A stretch of 64,000 nucleotides of DNA from an uncultured Planctomycetales bacterium. GTDB taxonomy: Bacteria; Omnitrophota; Gorgyraeia; Zapsychrales; JANLHA01. The stretch covers positions 97,104-161,103 of the forward strand of contig CAYVEC010000001.1 in the NCBI GenBank assembly GCA_964450385.1. Reading direction: 5' to 3'. Numbering within the stretch: position 1 is the stretch's first letter; the number at the start of each line of letters is the position of its first letter. The position numbers and the translations under genes were made by a program. The notes beneath the pieces were generated by a model. It made no database searches. It had not been told where the DNA came from and saw nothing but the letters and a program-made list of their open reading frames with translations. Below are positions 1 to 9,359 of this stretch, piece by piece.

Positions 1-64
1 ACCGGACGCGGGTGCCGCGGCTGGCGAGTAACCGTCACGGCGTTATTGACAAGGAGGGACCGCT

Positions 65-667
65 ATGAACAGCGTGCTCAATCGATGGATCCTCGGGGTC
101 GGGTGTGGTGTCTTTGCCGTGATGGAGGTTCAGGCGGTCCTCATGGGGAGCCGGTACGCCTATGATATCCCCATGGTCCTCATCCTTCTCCTCCTGGTCT
201 TTGATCTGCGCGAGAAAATTTATCTTCATTGGTCGCATTATTTTCTTTTTTTCTGCTTCCTTATGGTCCATGCCGTCGGGCTATACGGGACATATGACTG
301 GTATCCGTTCGGCGTCGAGTATGATTATTGGGTGCATGGGTTTTTTGGTTTTGTCTCGACCCTGATGATCACCGAGTATTTCGAGAGGTCTGGTTGGGTG
401 AGCCGGCGCGCGGCGGGCCTTGCGGCCCTGGTTTTGGTCCTTGGGATCTCGGCCGCGCATGAGCTTTATGAATTTGCCGGGGCCATGCTTCTCGGCGAAG
501 GTGAGGGGGTGCTCTTTATCGGCGCCGGCGACCTGGATGAATGGGACACTCAAAAAGACATGCTCAATAACGTGATCGGCAGTCTGATCGCCCTTGGGCT
601 CTCTGCCGGGGGGTGCGGCCTCAAAGGATGGTTCGCTCGGCGATCCAACGCGGGCCGCAACGGCTGA
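65..667 (+). CDS. Integral membrane protein with several predicted TM helices (possibly DUF2238/YjdF-like)
   Basis: 200-aa ORF with a very hydrophobic translation (several TM segments). The Shine-Dalgarno sequence aggaggga sits directly upstream of the ATG. The family assignment comes from memory of HELYEF/LLG motifs and is uncertain. Confidence 0.5.
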   Translation: MNSVLNRWILGVGCGVFAVMEVQAVLMGSRYAYDIPMVLILLLLVFDLREKIYLHWSHYFLFFCFLMVHAVGLYGTYDWYPFGVEYDYWVHGFFGFVSTLMITEYFERSGWVSRRAAGLAALVLVLGISAAHELYEFAGAMLLGEGEGVLFIGAGDLDEWDTQKDMLNNVIGSLIALGLSAGGCGLKGWFARRSNAGRNG

Positions 668-843
668 CGGTGCGTCGGGCTGGCCGGGCCGTGTTTCCCT
701 GCCGGCGTCTTATTTCTTCTTGTTTCCCACCGTGTGATCATGCAGGAAAGCGCTTCCGCAAAACCCTGGTTGTCCCCTATTTTGTATGGGTTCTATACGG
801 TATACTCTTATTAGGATTTTTATCAAAGGTATAGGGGAGAGCC

Positions 844-3800
844 GTGTTCCAGCCAGCAGGCACACATCATCATCTGTTCCGCATCGGCACGTGGGTGACG
901 CTCGCCGCATTTCTTGGCGGGAGCGTGATCCCGCCGGGTGCCTCGCTCGCCCAGGGGGTGTCGGTTGCCGGGGTTGTCCTTCCGGCCCCGGGCACCATGG
1001 TGATGCCGACCCCAAGTTTTGCCCCGGCCGTGATGCGGGGCATTCGCATTTTTCCGAATGAGCCGCTCCGCTTCGATTTTATCATTGATACCGGCAACAC
1101 CGGATTTAATGATGAGGACTTTAAGTCGGAATCTGAACGATTGATCCGGTATTTTCTTGCCGCGGTAACGATCCCCGAAGATGACCTCTGGGTGAACCTT
1201 TCCCCGTATGAACAGGATCGGATCGTTCCGTCTGCCTTTGGCCAGACCGAGATGGGGCGCGACCTTCTCGCCCAGGACTATCTCTTGAAACAATTGACGG
1301 CCTCGCTGTTGTATCCGGAAAAAGACCTGGGCCATGAATTTTGGGAACGGGTGCGCGCGCGGGTGCGAGAACGGTTCGGGACCGCCGATGTCACGGTCAA
1401 TACGTTTAACAAGGTCTGGGTGATCCCGGACCGGGCGGTGGTCTACGAGAGCGGGGATGTGGCGTTTATCATGGAGAGTCATTTGAAGGTGATGCTCGAG
1501 GAGGATTATCTCGCGATGTCGGAGGCGCAGGCCTCCTCCGGCCGCTCCGCGACGAACAGTGCCGGAGCGGATCGCATGGGGCACGAGATCATCCGTGAGG
1601 TTATTCTGCCTGAGATCGAGCGCGAGGTGAATGAGGGGGCGCATTTCGTCTCGCTCAGGCAGATCTATCACTCGATGATCCTTGCGACATGGTTTAAACG
1701 GAATCTCCGTGCCAGCGTGCTCGGCCGGGTCTATGTCGAGCGGAACAAGATCGGCGGGGTGGAGATTGACGACGCAGAGGCGGGAAAGAAGATCTACGCC
1801 CAGTATTTGGCCGCCTTCAAAAAGGGGGCTTACAACTATATTAAAGAGGAGTATGACCGGACGACAGACCGGATGATCCCGAGGAAATATTTTTCCGGAG
1901 GGGTACGGTTTGGTCAGGCGACCGACAATGCGATGATCGTGGAATCGGGACCGGCTGAGGCGATGCTGAGTAAGGCGGCGGCGGCCGCGGCCGGACCGAT
2001 GACGACAGTGGAATCGGGGATGCGGGTCGTGAGGGATGAGGGGAGGCTGGGTGCGGGTGAAGGCGCTCGCGCGCCGGCCGAGGCATCGGTGGATAAGCCC
2101 GCCGATGAATCAACCCCGCGCCCCGAACCCCGCGCTGAAACAAGGACTGCTGACCGGTCTGTTGGGGAAACGCTGTCAGTCAGGCCAGAAACAGCCAACT
2201 CCGAGCGGGATGGACTGCGAGGCAATGATGGGGATAAATCGAATACCGTTTTTCAGGCGGAGGTTCCTTTACCTGAGTTCTTACGGGGTGTTGAAAATGA
2301 AAAAATCGGGAAATTCCTGCCTCGGCTATTGGAATCTATTCCTGAAGCACGGCGAGCTTTGGCAGAACAGGTCAGACATGTTTCAGACGGGAATCGGACA
2401 GGTCAAGAGTTTTCTATTGAAATGGAGACTCGGGATGCCCAATTGCTTATCTCTGTTCAATCAGGGGAGCGGTATAACACTGGTTATGGAGGGAACGTGG
2501 TCGTGCATACCCATCCCATCTTAAGACTCAGGGATAAAGATAATCAGGGGAAAAGAACTGGTATTGGTTATCGATCTATTCTAGATACTTTGTCACCCAC
2601 ACCTGATTCTTTTGATGTTTTTCGTCCGGGAATGATTGTTGCCGGGTCTGAGGCGACTGGTTATTTCGCATTGGTTTATGACTTATCAGAAACTGAGAAT
2701 AGACGTTGGTATGGTGAAATAGGTAGGCAGAAGGTCGCACGGCATGATAGACCAGGAAAAATCATTGAGCTTGGAGCGGGACAATTATTTAAGATTGTGC
2801 CTCAAGGTGATGAGGTCCAATTACAACCCATTTCGGTTGCCGAAACCGAAGTGAAATGGGGGGAAGTTCAGAGGGCGCCGGAAAAGAAACGGCAATTGGA
2901 GCTGGAATTAAACCTGCGCCCGCACCCCCAACATCCCAGTCAGCCTTTCCGTGCAGAATTCGGTGATGGGTTCAGGGAGGTTATGGCCTTCGTTACGAAT
3001 GGTGAATATTACCCCGTAGAGATTATAGGATATCAAAAAAACCCACGACAGGGAGTCCCGGATGGTTATACGCATTTACTGGACGTTGGAGGAACGGAAG
3101 GTTTCGATTATCGGTTCGTGACGCAAGGGCATGATAAGAATTCATCGAGGAGTAATCAATATTCAAATTTAGCGCGCTTGCAAGGCGTTCTGGCCCAGTT
3201 CGGCGTGGCAGTCTCAGTAATGCAGATAGAAGTTGGAACGAAAAATGTTCAAATCTATAAACCACACCTTACCTCAGTGGGAATTTCCCCCAAAAGCATA
3301 TCACAACTTCATGCGGATAGAGTCATCGAAGAACTGGCAAAGCTGCATGCCGCGGGTATCGTTCACAATGATTTGATTGGTGCTGGAAAGCATGCGGGGT
3401 TGAATTGGCAGAATGTGAAGTTTGAGATGGACTCGAAAACTCAATCTCCTGTGCGGGCTGTTTTTGATGGGTCTGGTTTTGAAAAAGCTGAGGCGTATTC
3501 ATTTGAGAACCGTTTTCTAGCGGATGAGTTTTATGCTGTTGCGGATGCGTTATTGAATGACCTGGATATAAATGATCCCCAAAATCGGGAAAAGATGACC
3601 AAAACATGGTTCGAAAGACACGAGAAAATAATCGGAACGGCCGGGACAAACCGCGCTGAAACCCGATCGCCCAACTTGGCCCCTGTGGGGGAAACCCGGT
3701 CTCCGATTGGGTCAGAAGGATACAATGCGGAAGCGCGTGCTGAAGTGCGTTCTGATACCCCAATTTCACACCGGGAGTTAACACTGGGTGTTGAAACGAG

Positions 3801-4707
3801 TCTGGCTGATCCAGATCGGCGGGAAGTGCGGGGGGATGTCACGGAAAGTTTATCGACGCTCGCTCCGGAGTGGGTGGAGATCGGTCTGAAATCCAATGTG
3901 CTGGTGCGGGATAAGGCAACGAAGGCATTGTCCTTCCGCAATAAAGCGGCCGGGGACGCATGGGCCGCGATGACGAGAAGTTCTTACGCAAGTTACAGCG
4001 TTACGGGGCTAATTGAGAAAGAATTTTCGACGAAGGTAAGCCCGGAACAACTGAAACAATTGATCCTGGCCGGGAGGGTGACTTTTGACGCGGATGTCGG
4101 AGCTTTCAGGGCTTCTGCTGCTGAAAAAGAAACCCGGATAGTTCTTGCCGATGGCCAAGGGTTAAGCTTAACGGAGGATGCCCTGGCCCTTCTTTATGAT
4201 AAGACGCATGCTCGGGATGAAGCTATGCCGGCGACGCTGATTGATGTCGCGGATCTTTCCAACCCCGAGACGCCGGCAAAACAACCGTTCAAGGCGGATG
4301 ACGTTCTAAGCATGATCCTCAAAAAGCAAGTCCCCGCCGGGGAAGTAATGCTCGCCCAACCCATGCCTGACGGTGAGGCCGGCGCCGCTCATCAAACAGC
4401 ACCGAAGGAGACAGATCCTGCCGCGTCAGGGTCTGATGCGGGGATGATATCGGCGGCTGATAAGGGAAAAACAGACGGTGGCGCGGCGCAGAATCCGGGC
4501 GGTATCGATTTGAATCCCGGGCACCTGGACCTGCAAACCCGGGGCGAGGGGATGGACGCGCTTCCGTGGGCGGATATCGAGTCGCTAGAGACCGTGCCGT
4601 TTGATGGTTTTGTCCCGGTGATTTTGAACGTTGTCCCGACGAATCTGCCGATGTTTATGGGTGCGGCCGGGGCTGGAAGCGAATTTGAATTAAGCCGCGT
4701 TCCCTGA
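844..4707 (+). CDS. Giant secreted multidomain protein (1287 aa) of unknown function; N-terminal Sec-type signal peptide, Ala/Glu/Arg/Pro-rich linker, central low-GC module with kinase-like motif
   Basis: Uninterrupted 3.86-kb ORF with GTG start after aggggagag. The N-terminus MFQPAGTHHHLFRIGTWVTLAAFLGGSVIPPGASLA-QG looks like a signal peptide. The central region (about 2230-3650) has visibly lower GC and AT-ending codons. A motif LHAAGIVHNDL...VFDGSGFE resembles the catalytic and Mg-binding loops of protein-kinase-like (APH/LPS-kinase) folds. No family recognised for the N- and C-terminal parts. Confidence 0.6.
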   Translation: MFQPAGTHHHLFRIGTWVTLAAFLGGSVIPPGASLAQGVSVAGVVLPAPGTMVMPTPSFAPAVMRGIRIFPNEPLRFDFIIDTGNTGFNDEDFKSESERLIRYFLAAVTIPEDDLWVNLSPYEQDRIVPSAFGQTEMGRDLLAQDYLLKQLTASLLYPEKDLGHEFWERVRARVRERFGTADVTVNTFNKVWVIPDRAVVYESGDVAFIMESHLKVMLEEDYLAMSEAQASSGRSATNSAGADRMGHEIIREVILPEIEREVNEGAHFVSLRQIYHSMILATWFKRNLRASVLGRVYVERNKIGGVEIDDAEAGKKIYAQYLAAFKKGAYNYIKEEYDRTTDRMIPRKYFSGGVRFGQATDNAMIVESGPAEAMLSKAAAAAAGPMTTVESGMRVVRDEGRLGAGEGARAPAEASVDKPADESTPRPEPRAETRTADRSVGETLSVRPETANSERDGLRGNDGDKSNTVFQAEVPLPEFLRGVENEKIGKFLPRLLESIPEARRALAEQVRHVSDGNRTGQEFSIEMETRDAQLLISVQSGERYNTGYGGNVVVHTHPILRLRDKDNQGKRTGIGYRSILDTLSPTPDSFDVFRPGMIVAGSEATGYFALVYDLSETENRRWYGEIGRQKVARHDRPGKIIELGAGQLFKIVPQGDEVQLQPISVAETEVKWGEVQRAPEKKRQLELELNLRPHPQHPSQPFRAEFGDGFREVMAFVTNGEYYPVEIIGYQKNPRQGVPDGYTHLLDVGGTEGFDYRFVTQGHDKNSSRSNQYSNLARLQGVLAQFGVAVSVMQIEVGTKNVQIYKPHLTSVGISPKSISQLHADRVIEELAKLHAAGIVHNDLIGAGKHAGLNWQNVKFEMDSKTQSPVRAVFDGSGFEKAEAYSFENRFLADEFYAVADALLNDLDINDPQNREKMTKTWFERHEKIIGTAGTNRAETRSPNLAPVGETRSPIGSEGYNAEARAEVRSDTPISHRELTLGVETSLADPDRREVRGDVTESLSTLAPEWVEIGLKSNVLVRDKATKALSFRNKAAGDAWAAMTRSSYASYSVTGLIEKEFSTKVSPEQLKQLILAGRVTFDADVGAFRASAAEKETRIVLADGQGLSLTEDALALLYDKTHARDEAMPATLIDVADLSNPETPAKQPFKADDVLSMILKKQVPAGEVMLAQPMPDGEAGAAHQTAPKETDPAASGSDAGMISAADKGKTDGGAAQNPGGIDLNPGHLDLQTRGEGMDALPWADIESLETVPFDGFVPVILNVVPTNLPMFMGAAGAGSEFELSRVP

Positions 4708-4732
4708 TCCATATGTCGTGGTCCGTCGCGTC

Positions 4733-5116
4733 TTAGGCCTCGTCAGCGTGAGGCTGTTGTGTGGCGTGGGTCTTGATCCGGCTGACCACGTCCTGGATGG
4801 TAAACGGTTTTTTCATGAAATCGGTCACGCCGATCTTACGAAATCCGGCCTCCATTTGACTGTTGCCCGTCATCATCACAAGCGGGATTGATTTGGTCTC
4901 CGGTTTGGCTTTTAGCCCCGTCAGGAAGTCGACCCCATCGGCATCCGGCATAAAAACGTCACAGAAGATGATGTCCGGTTTATGCAGGCCGATCTTCATC
5001 AGGGCATCTCTGCCGTTGTGGGCGATGAGGGCGTTATATCCTTCCTTGGACAGGCCGACCCTCATCATGGTTTGTGTGGTGTGGTCGTCATCAACGACCA
5101 TGACCCGAGTGCTCAT
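4733..5116 (-). CDS. Single-domain response regulator (CheY-like receiver)
   Basis: 127-aa translation MSTRVMVVDDDHTT...FCDVFMPDADG...MMTG...KKP carries the canonical receiver DD, D, T and K residues and has no output domain. Its start overlaps the 3' end of lpxB by 26 nt on the same strand. Confidence 0.8.
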   Translation of the reverse strand: MSTRVMVVDDDHTTQTMMRVGLSKEGYNALIAHNGRDALMKIGLHKPDIIFCDVFMPDADGVDFLTGLKAKPETKSIPLVMMTGNSQMEAGFRKIGVTDFMKKPFTIQDVVSRIKTHATQQPHADEA

Positions 5117-6305
5117 AGGCGCCTCCTTGTGGTTCGCGTTTGGGTGTAGGGTTATCGAGCTGTTCCGCCTCTAATGCCGAGAGGACGACCTGTGCCGCGC
5201 GTTCGCTGGCCCCATGATCACCGAGGCGGGTCCGGATCGCGCGTAATTCTTTTTTGGTTTCCTGAAATAACGACGGGTCCTGGTAGACCTTGAGGGCCTC
5301 GGCGGCGACCGTCTCGGCCGTGGCGCGTTCCTGGACGCATTCGGGAACGATCTCGCGGCCGGCAACGATATTGACCAGTCCGATATGCGGGATTTTGATG
5401 AGGCGCCGTGCGAGCACGCTTGTAAGCCAGGCGGTCTTGTAGAGGATCACCATGGGTTTTTCCAGGAGTGCAGTCTCAAGGGTGGCGGTGCCTGAGGTCA
5501 CAAGGCACATGTCAGCGGCGTTCACGGCATTGTAGAAATCGTTTTCGACCCGCGCGATTCGGAACGAACATCGCTGCTGAAAAGGCGTGATCCATTTGGT
5601 CTTGATGCTCGGGGCCTGGGTGAGAAGGAACTGGGCGCCGGGGACTTCACGGTGGATCATCTCAGCCGCCTCGATCATGACGGGGAGGAGTGCCGCGATC
5701 TCTTTTTTGCGTGATCCCGGAACGAGCCCGAAGATGGGGCGCGCGGGATCAAGTCCGTGCCGTTGGCAGAAGATCTCTTTCGGCGTGCGCGCGGTCACCG
5801 CGTCAACGAGCGGGTGGCCCACAAAGTCCACCGGGATGCCGCGGTCGGCATAAAATTTCTTTTCAAAATCGAAGAGCACCATCATCCGGTCCGTGACCTT
5901 CGGGACCAAGTAGGCGCGCCGTTCTTTCCAGGCCCAGACCTGGGGGGAGATGTAGTAGATGACCGTAATGCCGAGTTTTTTCAGCCGGGCGGCGAGCCGC
6001 AGGTTGAAGCCGGGATAATCCACGAGGATGATTGCGTCTGGCCGCAGGGTGCGGGCCTTATTGAGGAAGAGGTAAAAGAGGCGGGTGAGTTGGTGGCAGT
6101 GGGCAAGGACCTCAACAAAACCGATCACCGCGAGTTTTGTGAGGTCTGCGTAGATCTCAACCCCGCAGGCGCGCAGATGCTGTCCGCCCAGTCCGGAGAA
6201 TCGGACAGCGGGGTCGATCGCCTGGATGGCCTTTACGAGTCGCGCGGCGTGCAGGTCTCCGGAGACCTCGCCGGTGACGATCATAATATGTTTGGGTGTG
6301 GCCAT
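5091..6305 (-). CDS. lpxB: Lipid-A-disaccharide synthase
   Basis: 404 aa. The N-terminus IMIVTGEVSGDLHAARL..., ...YISPQVWAWKERR and overall collinearity match LpxB. The ATG is at 6305 (cat on + strand at 6303-6305). Confidence 0.9.
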   Translation of the reverse strand: MATPKHIMIVTGEVSGDLHAARLVKAIQAIDPAVRFSGLGGQHLRACGVEIYADLTKLAVIGFVEVLAHCHQLTRLFYLFLNKARTLRPDAIILVDYPGFNLRLAARLKKLGITVIYYISPQVWAWKERRAYLVPKVTDRMMVLFDFEKKFYADRGIPVDFVGHPLVDAVTARTPKEIFCQRHGLDPARPIFGLVPGSRKKEIAALLPVMIEAAEMIHREVPGAQFLLTQAPSIKTKWITPFQQRCSFRIARVENDFYNAVNAADMCLVTSGTATLETALLEKPMVILYKTAWLTSVLARRLIKIPHIGLVNIVAGREIVPECVQERATAETVAAEALKVYQDPSLFQETKKELRAIRTRLGDHGASERAAQVVLSALEAEQLDNPTPKREPQGGAYEHSGHGR

Positions 6306-6446
6306 ACCAGACCGCGATCCTTTTCAATGATGCTGGTCAGACGGTTTTTAGAATAACAAATGCCTCGACAAAAGTCAAATCACATGCTAACATTTCAAAA
6401 TTCGCCAAAATAGTTATAATAATTAGTAATTTTTATATTACACGCC
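6306..6446. promoter_or_regulatory. Divergent AT-rich promoter region between lpxB (-) and msbA-like gene (+)
   Basis: 141-bp AT-rich spacer containing TATAAT-like hexamers (tagttataat around 6410-6420) between two divergently transcribed genes. Confidence 0.3.
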
Positions 6447-6464
6447 TTGCGAAAAGGACCTCCC

Positions 6465-8264
6465 ATGAAGGGATATATCAAGATCCTGGGGTTTTTGAAA
6501 GATTATAAACGGCTTTTTGCCTTTTCGGTGATCGCGATGTTCATCTCGAGCGCCTTTGAAGGCATCCAGCTGTCCTTTCTTATTCCGTTGACGGACCGCA
6601 TTTTCAATAATCGTCCGATCGTGATCCCGAACAAATTGCCGGAACCTCTGGTCCGGCTTGTCGATCAGCTGAACGCCATCTCTCCGGAGACCCTGTTTTG
6701 GACCCTGCCGTTCGTGGCGATTGTGATGATCATTGTGAAGAACGCCTTTGTCTTTTTGTATGGGTATCTGATGAATGACCTCTCGCAGCAGGTCCTCCGT
6801 GACGTGCGGATGAAGATCTATCAGAAGATCCAGTATCTCTCGCTGGACTATTTCAGCACAAAACGGACCGGGGAATTGATCTCGCGGATCACGAATGATG
6901 TATCGCTCATTGAGAACGCGGTTTCGTACGGGATTACGGATCTTTTTACCCAGACCTTTCTTCTCATATCGTATGTGATCATTGCGCTTGTGATTAATTT
7001 TAAAGCGGCGCTTGTGATCTTTTGTATCCTCCCGTGGATCATCTGGCCGATCGCGGTCTTGGGCCGAAAGATCAAGAAGCTCACCCTCGGTGAGCAGGAG
7101 AGCATGGCCGACATCAGTTCGATCCTCCTTGAGACGATCTCGGGGGTCAAGGTGATCAAGGCCTTTTGTACCGAGGATCAGGAGATCGAGAGGTTCCGGC
7201 AGAAGAATTTTTACTGCTACAGGGTCAAGATGAAGTCAACGGTCAAGACCAAACTCCTCGTACCGATTTCAGACGCCTTTGGCGTCCTTTGCGGGATCCT
7301 TGTGATCCTCGGGCTCGGGCGTCAGGTGATGTCCGGGGCGTTGTCGTTTGGTGTCTTCGGTGTTTTTCTCGCCGCGGTCCTTTCGATCATCCGGCCGATC
7401 AAAAAATTAGGCAATGTCCATGCGATCATGCAGCGCGCGATCTCAGCCCAAGAGCGGATTCATGAAGTCCTGGATGAGCAGCCGACGGTCAAAGAGGCGG
7501 CGGCCCCGGTCGATGTTGCGGCCTTGCGAGAGGCGATCACCGTCGAGGCTGTCGATTTTTCCTATAGCCGAGAGGATGAGCCCGTGCTTCATGGGATCGA
7601 TCTCACGATCCGGCGGGGCGAGCTCGTCGCGATCGTGGGCCCGACCGGATCCGGCAAGACCACGCTCGTGAACCTGATCCCGCGATTTTATGATCCAACG
7701 CGCGGCCGGGTCCTTTTTGACGGCCACGACCTGCGGGATGTCTCGTTTAAGTCGCTCCGGTCCCGGATCGGGATCGTGCTTCAGGAAAATTTTTTATTCA
7801 ATGACACGGTTCGCGCCAATATTGCTTACGGTCGGCCTGGGGTGACCGATGCCGAGATCGAGGCGGCGGCCCAGCGCGCCTACGCCCACGGGTTTATTTC
7901 GGATCTGCCTCAGGGCTACGCGACCGTGATCGGCGAGCGGGGATTCCGTCTTTCCGGAGGGGAAAAACAGCGGATCGCGATTGCGCGGGCCATCCTGAGT
8001 AACCCAGAGATCCTCATCCTGGATGAGGCCACGAGTTCGCTTGATTCAGAATCGGAACAATATATCAAAGAGGCCTTGGATGACCTGATGAAAGGGCGGA
8101 CGGTTGTGGCGATCGCCCATCGGCTCTCCACCGTCATCCAGGCGGATAAGATCGTCGTGATCCAGGACGGCCGTATCGTGGGGATGGGTCGGCATGAGGA
8201 GCTGCTCAAGGCCGGGGGGCTGTATCAGCGTCTTTATGAGACCCAGTTTGAGGTTTCGTCGTAG
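6465..8264 (+). CDS. msbA: ABC transporter ATP-binding/permease protein, MsbA-like lipid A / lipid exporter
   Basis: N-terminal 6-TM domain plus C-terminal NBD with Walker A GPTGSGKTT, signature LSGGEKQRIAIARAI and Walker B ILILDEATSSLD. ATG at 6465 is preceded by aaaggacc; the listed ORF starts at an in-frame TTG at 6447. It lies divergent to lpxB. The MsbA assignment rests on context and architecture. Confidence 0.7.
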   Translation: MKGYIKILGFLKDYKRLFAFSVIAMFISSAFEGIQLSFLIPLTDRIFNNRPIVIPNKLPEPLVRLVDQLNAISPETLFWTLPFVAIVMIIVKNAFVFLYGYLMNDLSQQVLRDVRMKIYQKIQYLSLDYFSTKRTGELISRITNDVSLIENAVSYGITDLFTQTFLLISYVIIALVINFKAALVIFCILPWIIWPIAVLGRKIKKLTLGEQESMADISSILLETISGVKVIKAFCTEDQEIERFRQKNFYCYRVKMKSTVKTKLLVPISDAFGVLCGILVILGLGRQVMSGALSFGVFGVFLAAVLSIIRPIKKLGNVHAIMQRAISAQERIHEVLDEQPTVKEAAAPVDVAALREAITVEAVDFSYSREDEPVLHGIDLTIRRGELVAIVGPTGSGKTTLVNLIPRFYDPTRGRVLFDGHDLRDVSFKSLRSRIGIVLQENFLFNDTVRANIAYGRPGVTDAEIEAAAQRAYAHGFISDLPQGYATVIGERGFRLSGGEKQRIAIARAILSNPEILILDEATSSLDSESEQYIKEALDDLMKGRTVVAIAHRLSTVIQADKIVVIQDGRIVGMGRHEELLKAGGLYQRLYETQFEVSS

Positions 8265-8333
8265 GAGAGGATGCCGCGGTCTGGAGAGCGCCTGGGGGGC
8301 GGTCGCAATTTTGGGGCAGGCTTAAATTTTTAG

Positions 8334-8361
8334 TTGAATTTACATTTTTTTTTGTTAAAAT
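8334..8361 (+). promoter_or_regulatory. Sigma70-like promoter candidate (TTGAAT-16-TAAAAT) upstream of rpsB operon
   Basis: TTGAAT at 8334-8339, a 16-nt spacer and TAAAAT at 8356-8361, about 165 nt upstream of the rpsB start. This leaves a long leader. Confidence 0.35.
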
Positions 8362-8525
8362 ACCACAAACTTTTCGTCGTGGCCGTTGCCCTGTAAAGTG
8401 AAAGGCGCGGCAAATGTGGGCACAGGGCCCAACCCACCATCTAGGGTGGGATAACAGTATTCCGTTTATGTTCACTTGACCGATGTGATCGGGACACCCA
8501 TAAGCGGATCATCAAGGAGTGATTC

Positions 8526-9320
8526 ATGCCATCAGAAGTATTAAAGAAACTGCTCGAATGCGGAGTGCATTTTGGGCACCAGACCCGTCGGTGGAATCCG
8601 AAGATGCAGCGCTTTATTTTTGGTCAGCGCAGCGGGATCCATATCATCGATCTCGAGAAGACGGAGCAGCAGCTCGGCCTGGCCCGGGAGTTCGCGAAGA
8701 CGGTCGCGGCCAAGGGCGGGAGGGTGTTGTTCGTCGGGACGAAGAAACAGGCGCGTGATGTGATGGCCGCGGAGGCCGCGCGCGCGGGGATGCCCTACAT
8801 CACCAACCGTTGGCTCGGGGGCCTGCTCACGAATTTTGAGACCATCAGAAAGTCGCTCGATAAGCTCTTTCAGATCGAGAAGATGGAGGCCGATGGGGTT
8901 TTTCAGAATCTGAAGAAAAAAGAGGTGGCGCAGATCCTTAAGACCAAGGAGAAGATTCTTCGAGATCTCGGAGGGATCCGTGAGATGCTCTCTCTTCCCG
9001 AGGCCATTTTTGTGATCGATACCAAACGCGAGGAGACCGCGGTCAAAGAGGCGACCCGGCTCGGGATCCCACTGATCGGGCTCCTGGACACGAATGCCGA
9101 TCCGGATGTGATCCAGTATCCGGTGCCGGGCAATGATGATGCCTTAAAATCCATTCGTTATATCGCGACCGTGGTTGCTGACGGGATCATTGAGGGGCGG
9201 AGGGTGTTTTTAGAGACCGAGAGCCTGAGGATTCGGAAGTCTGACAAGGCTGAGGAAAAGGGCAAGACCGTTGAGGCCGTTGTGTCAGACGTGCCAGCGG
9301 ATGCCGCGGCTGCTGAATAG
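8526..9320 (+). CDS. rpsB: 30S ribosomal protein S2
   Basis: MPSEVLKKLLECGVHFGHQTRRWNPKM... is the canonical S2 N-terminus; 264 aa. Confidence 0.95.
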   Translation: MPSEVLKKLLECGVHFGHQTRRWNPKMQRFIFGQRSGIHIIDLEKTEQQLGLAREFAKTVAAKGGRVLFVGTKKQARDVMAAEAARAGMPYITNRWLGGLLTNFETIRKSLDKLFQIEKMEADGVFQNLKKKEVAQILKTKEKILRDLGGIREMLSLPEAIFVIDTKREETAVKEATRLGIPLIGLLDTNADPDVIQYPVPGNDDALKSIRYIATVVADGIIEGRRVFLETESLRIRKSDKAEEKGKTVEAVVSDVPADAAAAE

Positions 9321-9359
9321 GCCGTGGTGTAGAGGCGGGTCGATAAGAGAAAGGGACGT

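Noticed and set aside
823-1671. Long antisense ORFs (for example 823-1671, 13707-14687, 16352-17284, 18174-19031, 40369-41382, 41944-42984, 49710-50342, 54804-55697, 59501-60328, all on the - strand)
   Set aside because: Each lies opposite a well-conserved housekeeping gene. Their translations are Arg/Pro/Gly-rich low-complexity strings typical of stop-poor high-GC antisense frames, and none shows a recognisable motif.
1960-2230. Ala/Glu/Arg/Pro-rich low-complexity stretch in the giant gene, considered as a possible tandem repeat or CRISPR-like array
   Set aside because: There is no DNA-level direct repeat periodicity. It is protein-level low complexity (a linker) only.
2230-3650. Low-GC cassette considered as an intein or mobile intron
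   Set aside because: No intein splice-junction residues, LAGLIDADG or HNH blocks are present, and the reading frame is continuous with a plausible protein domain.
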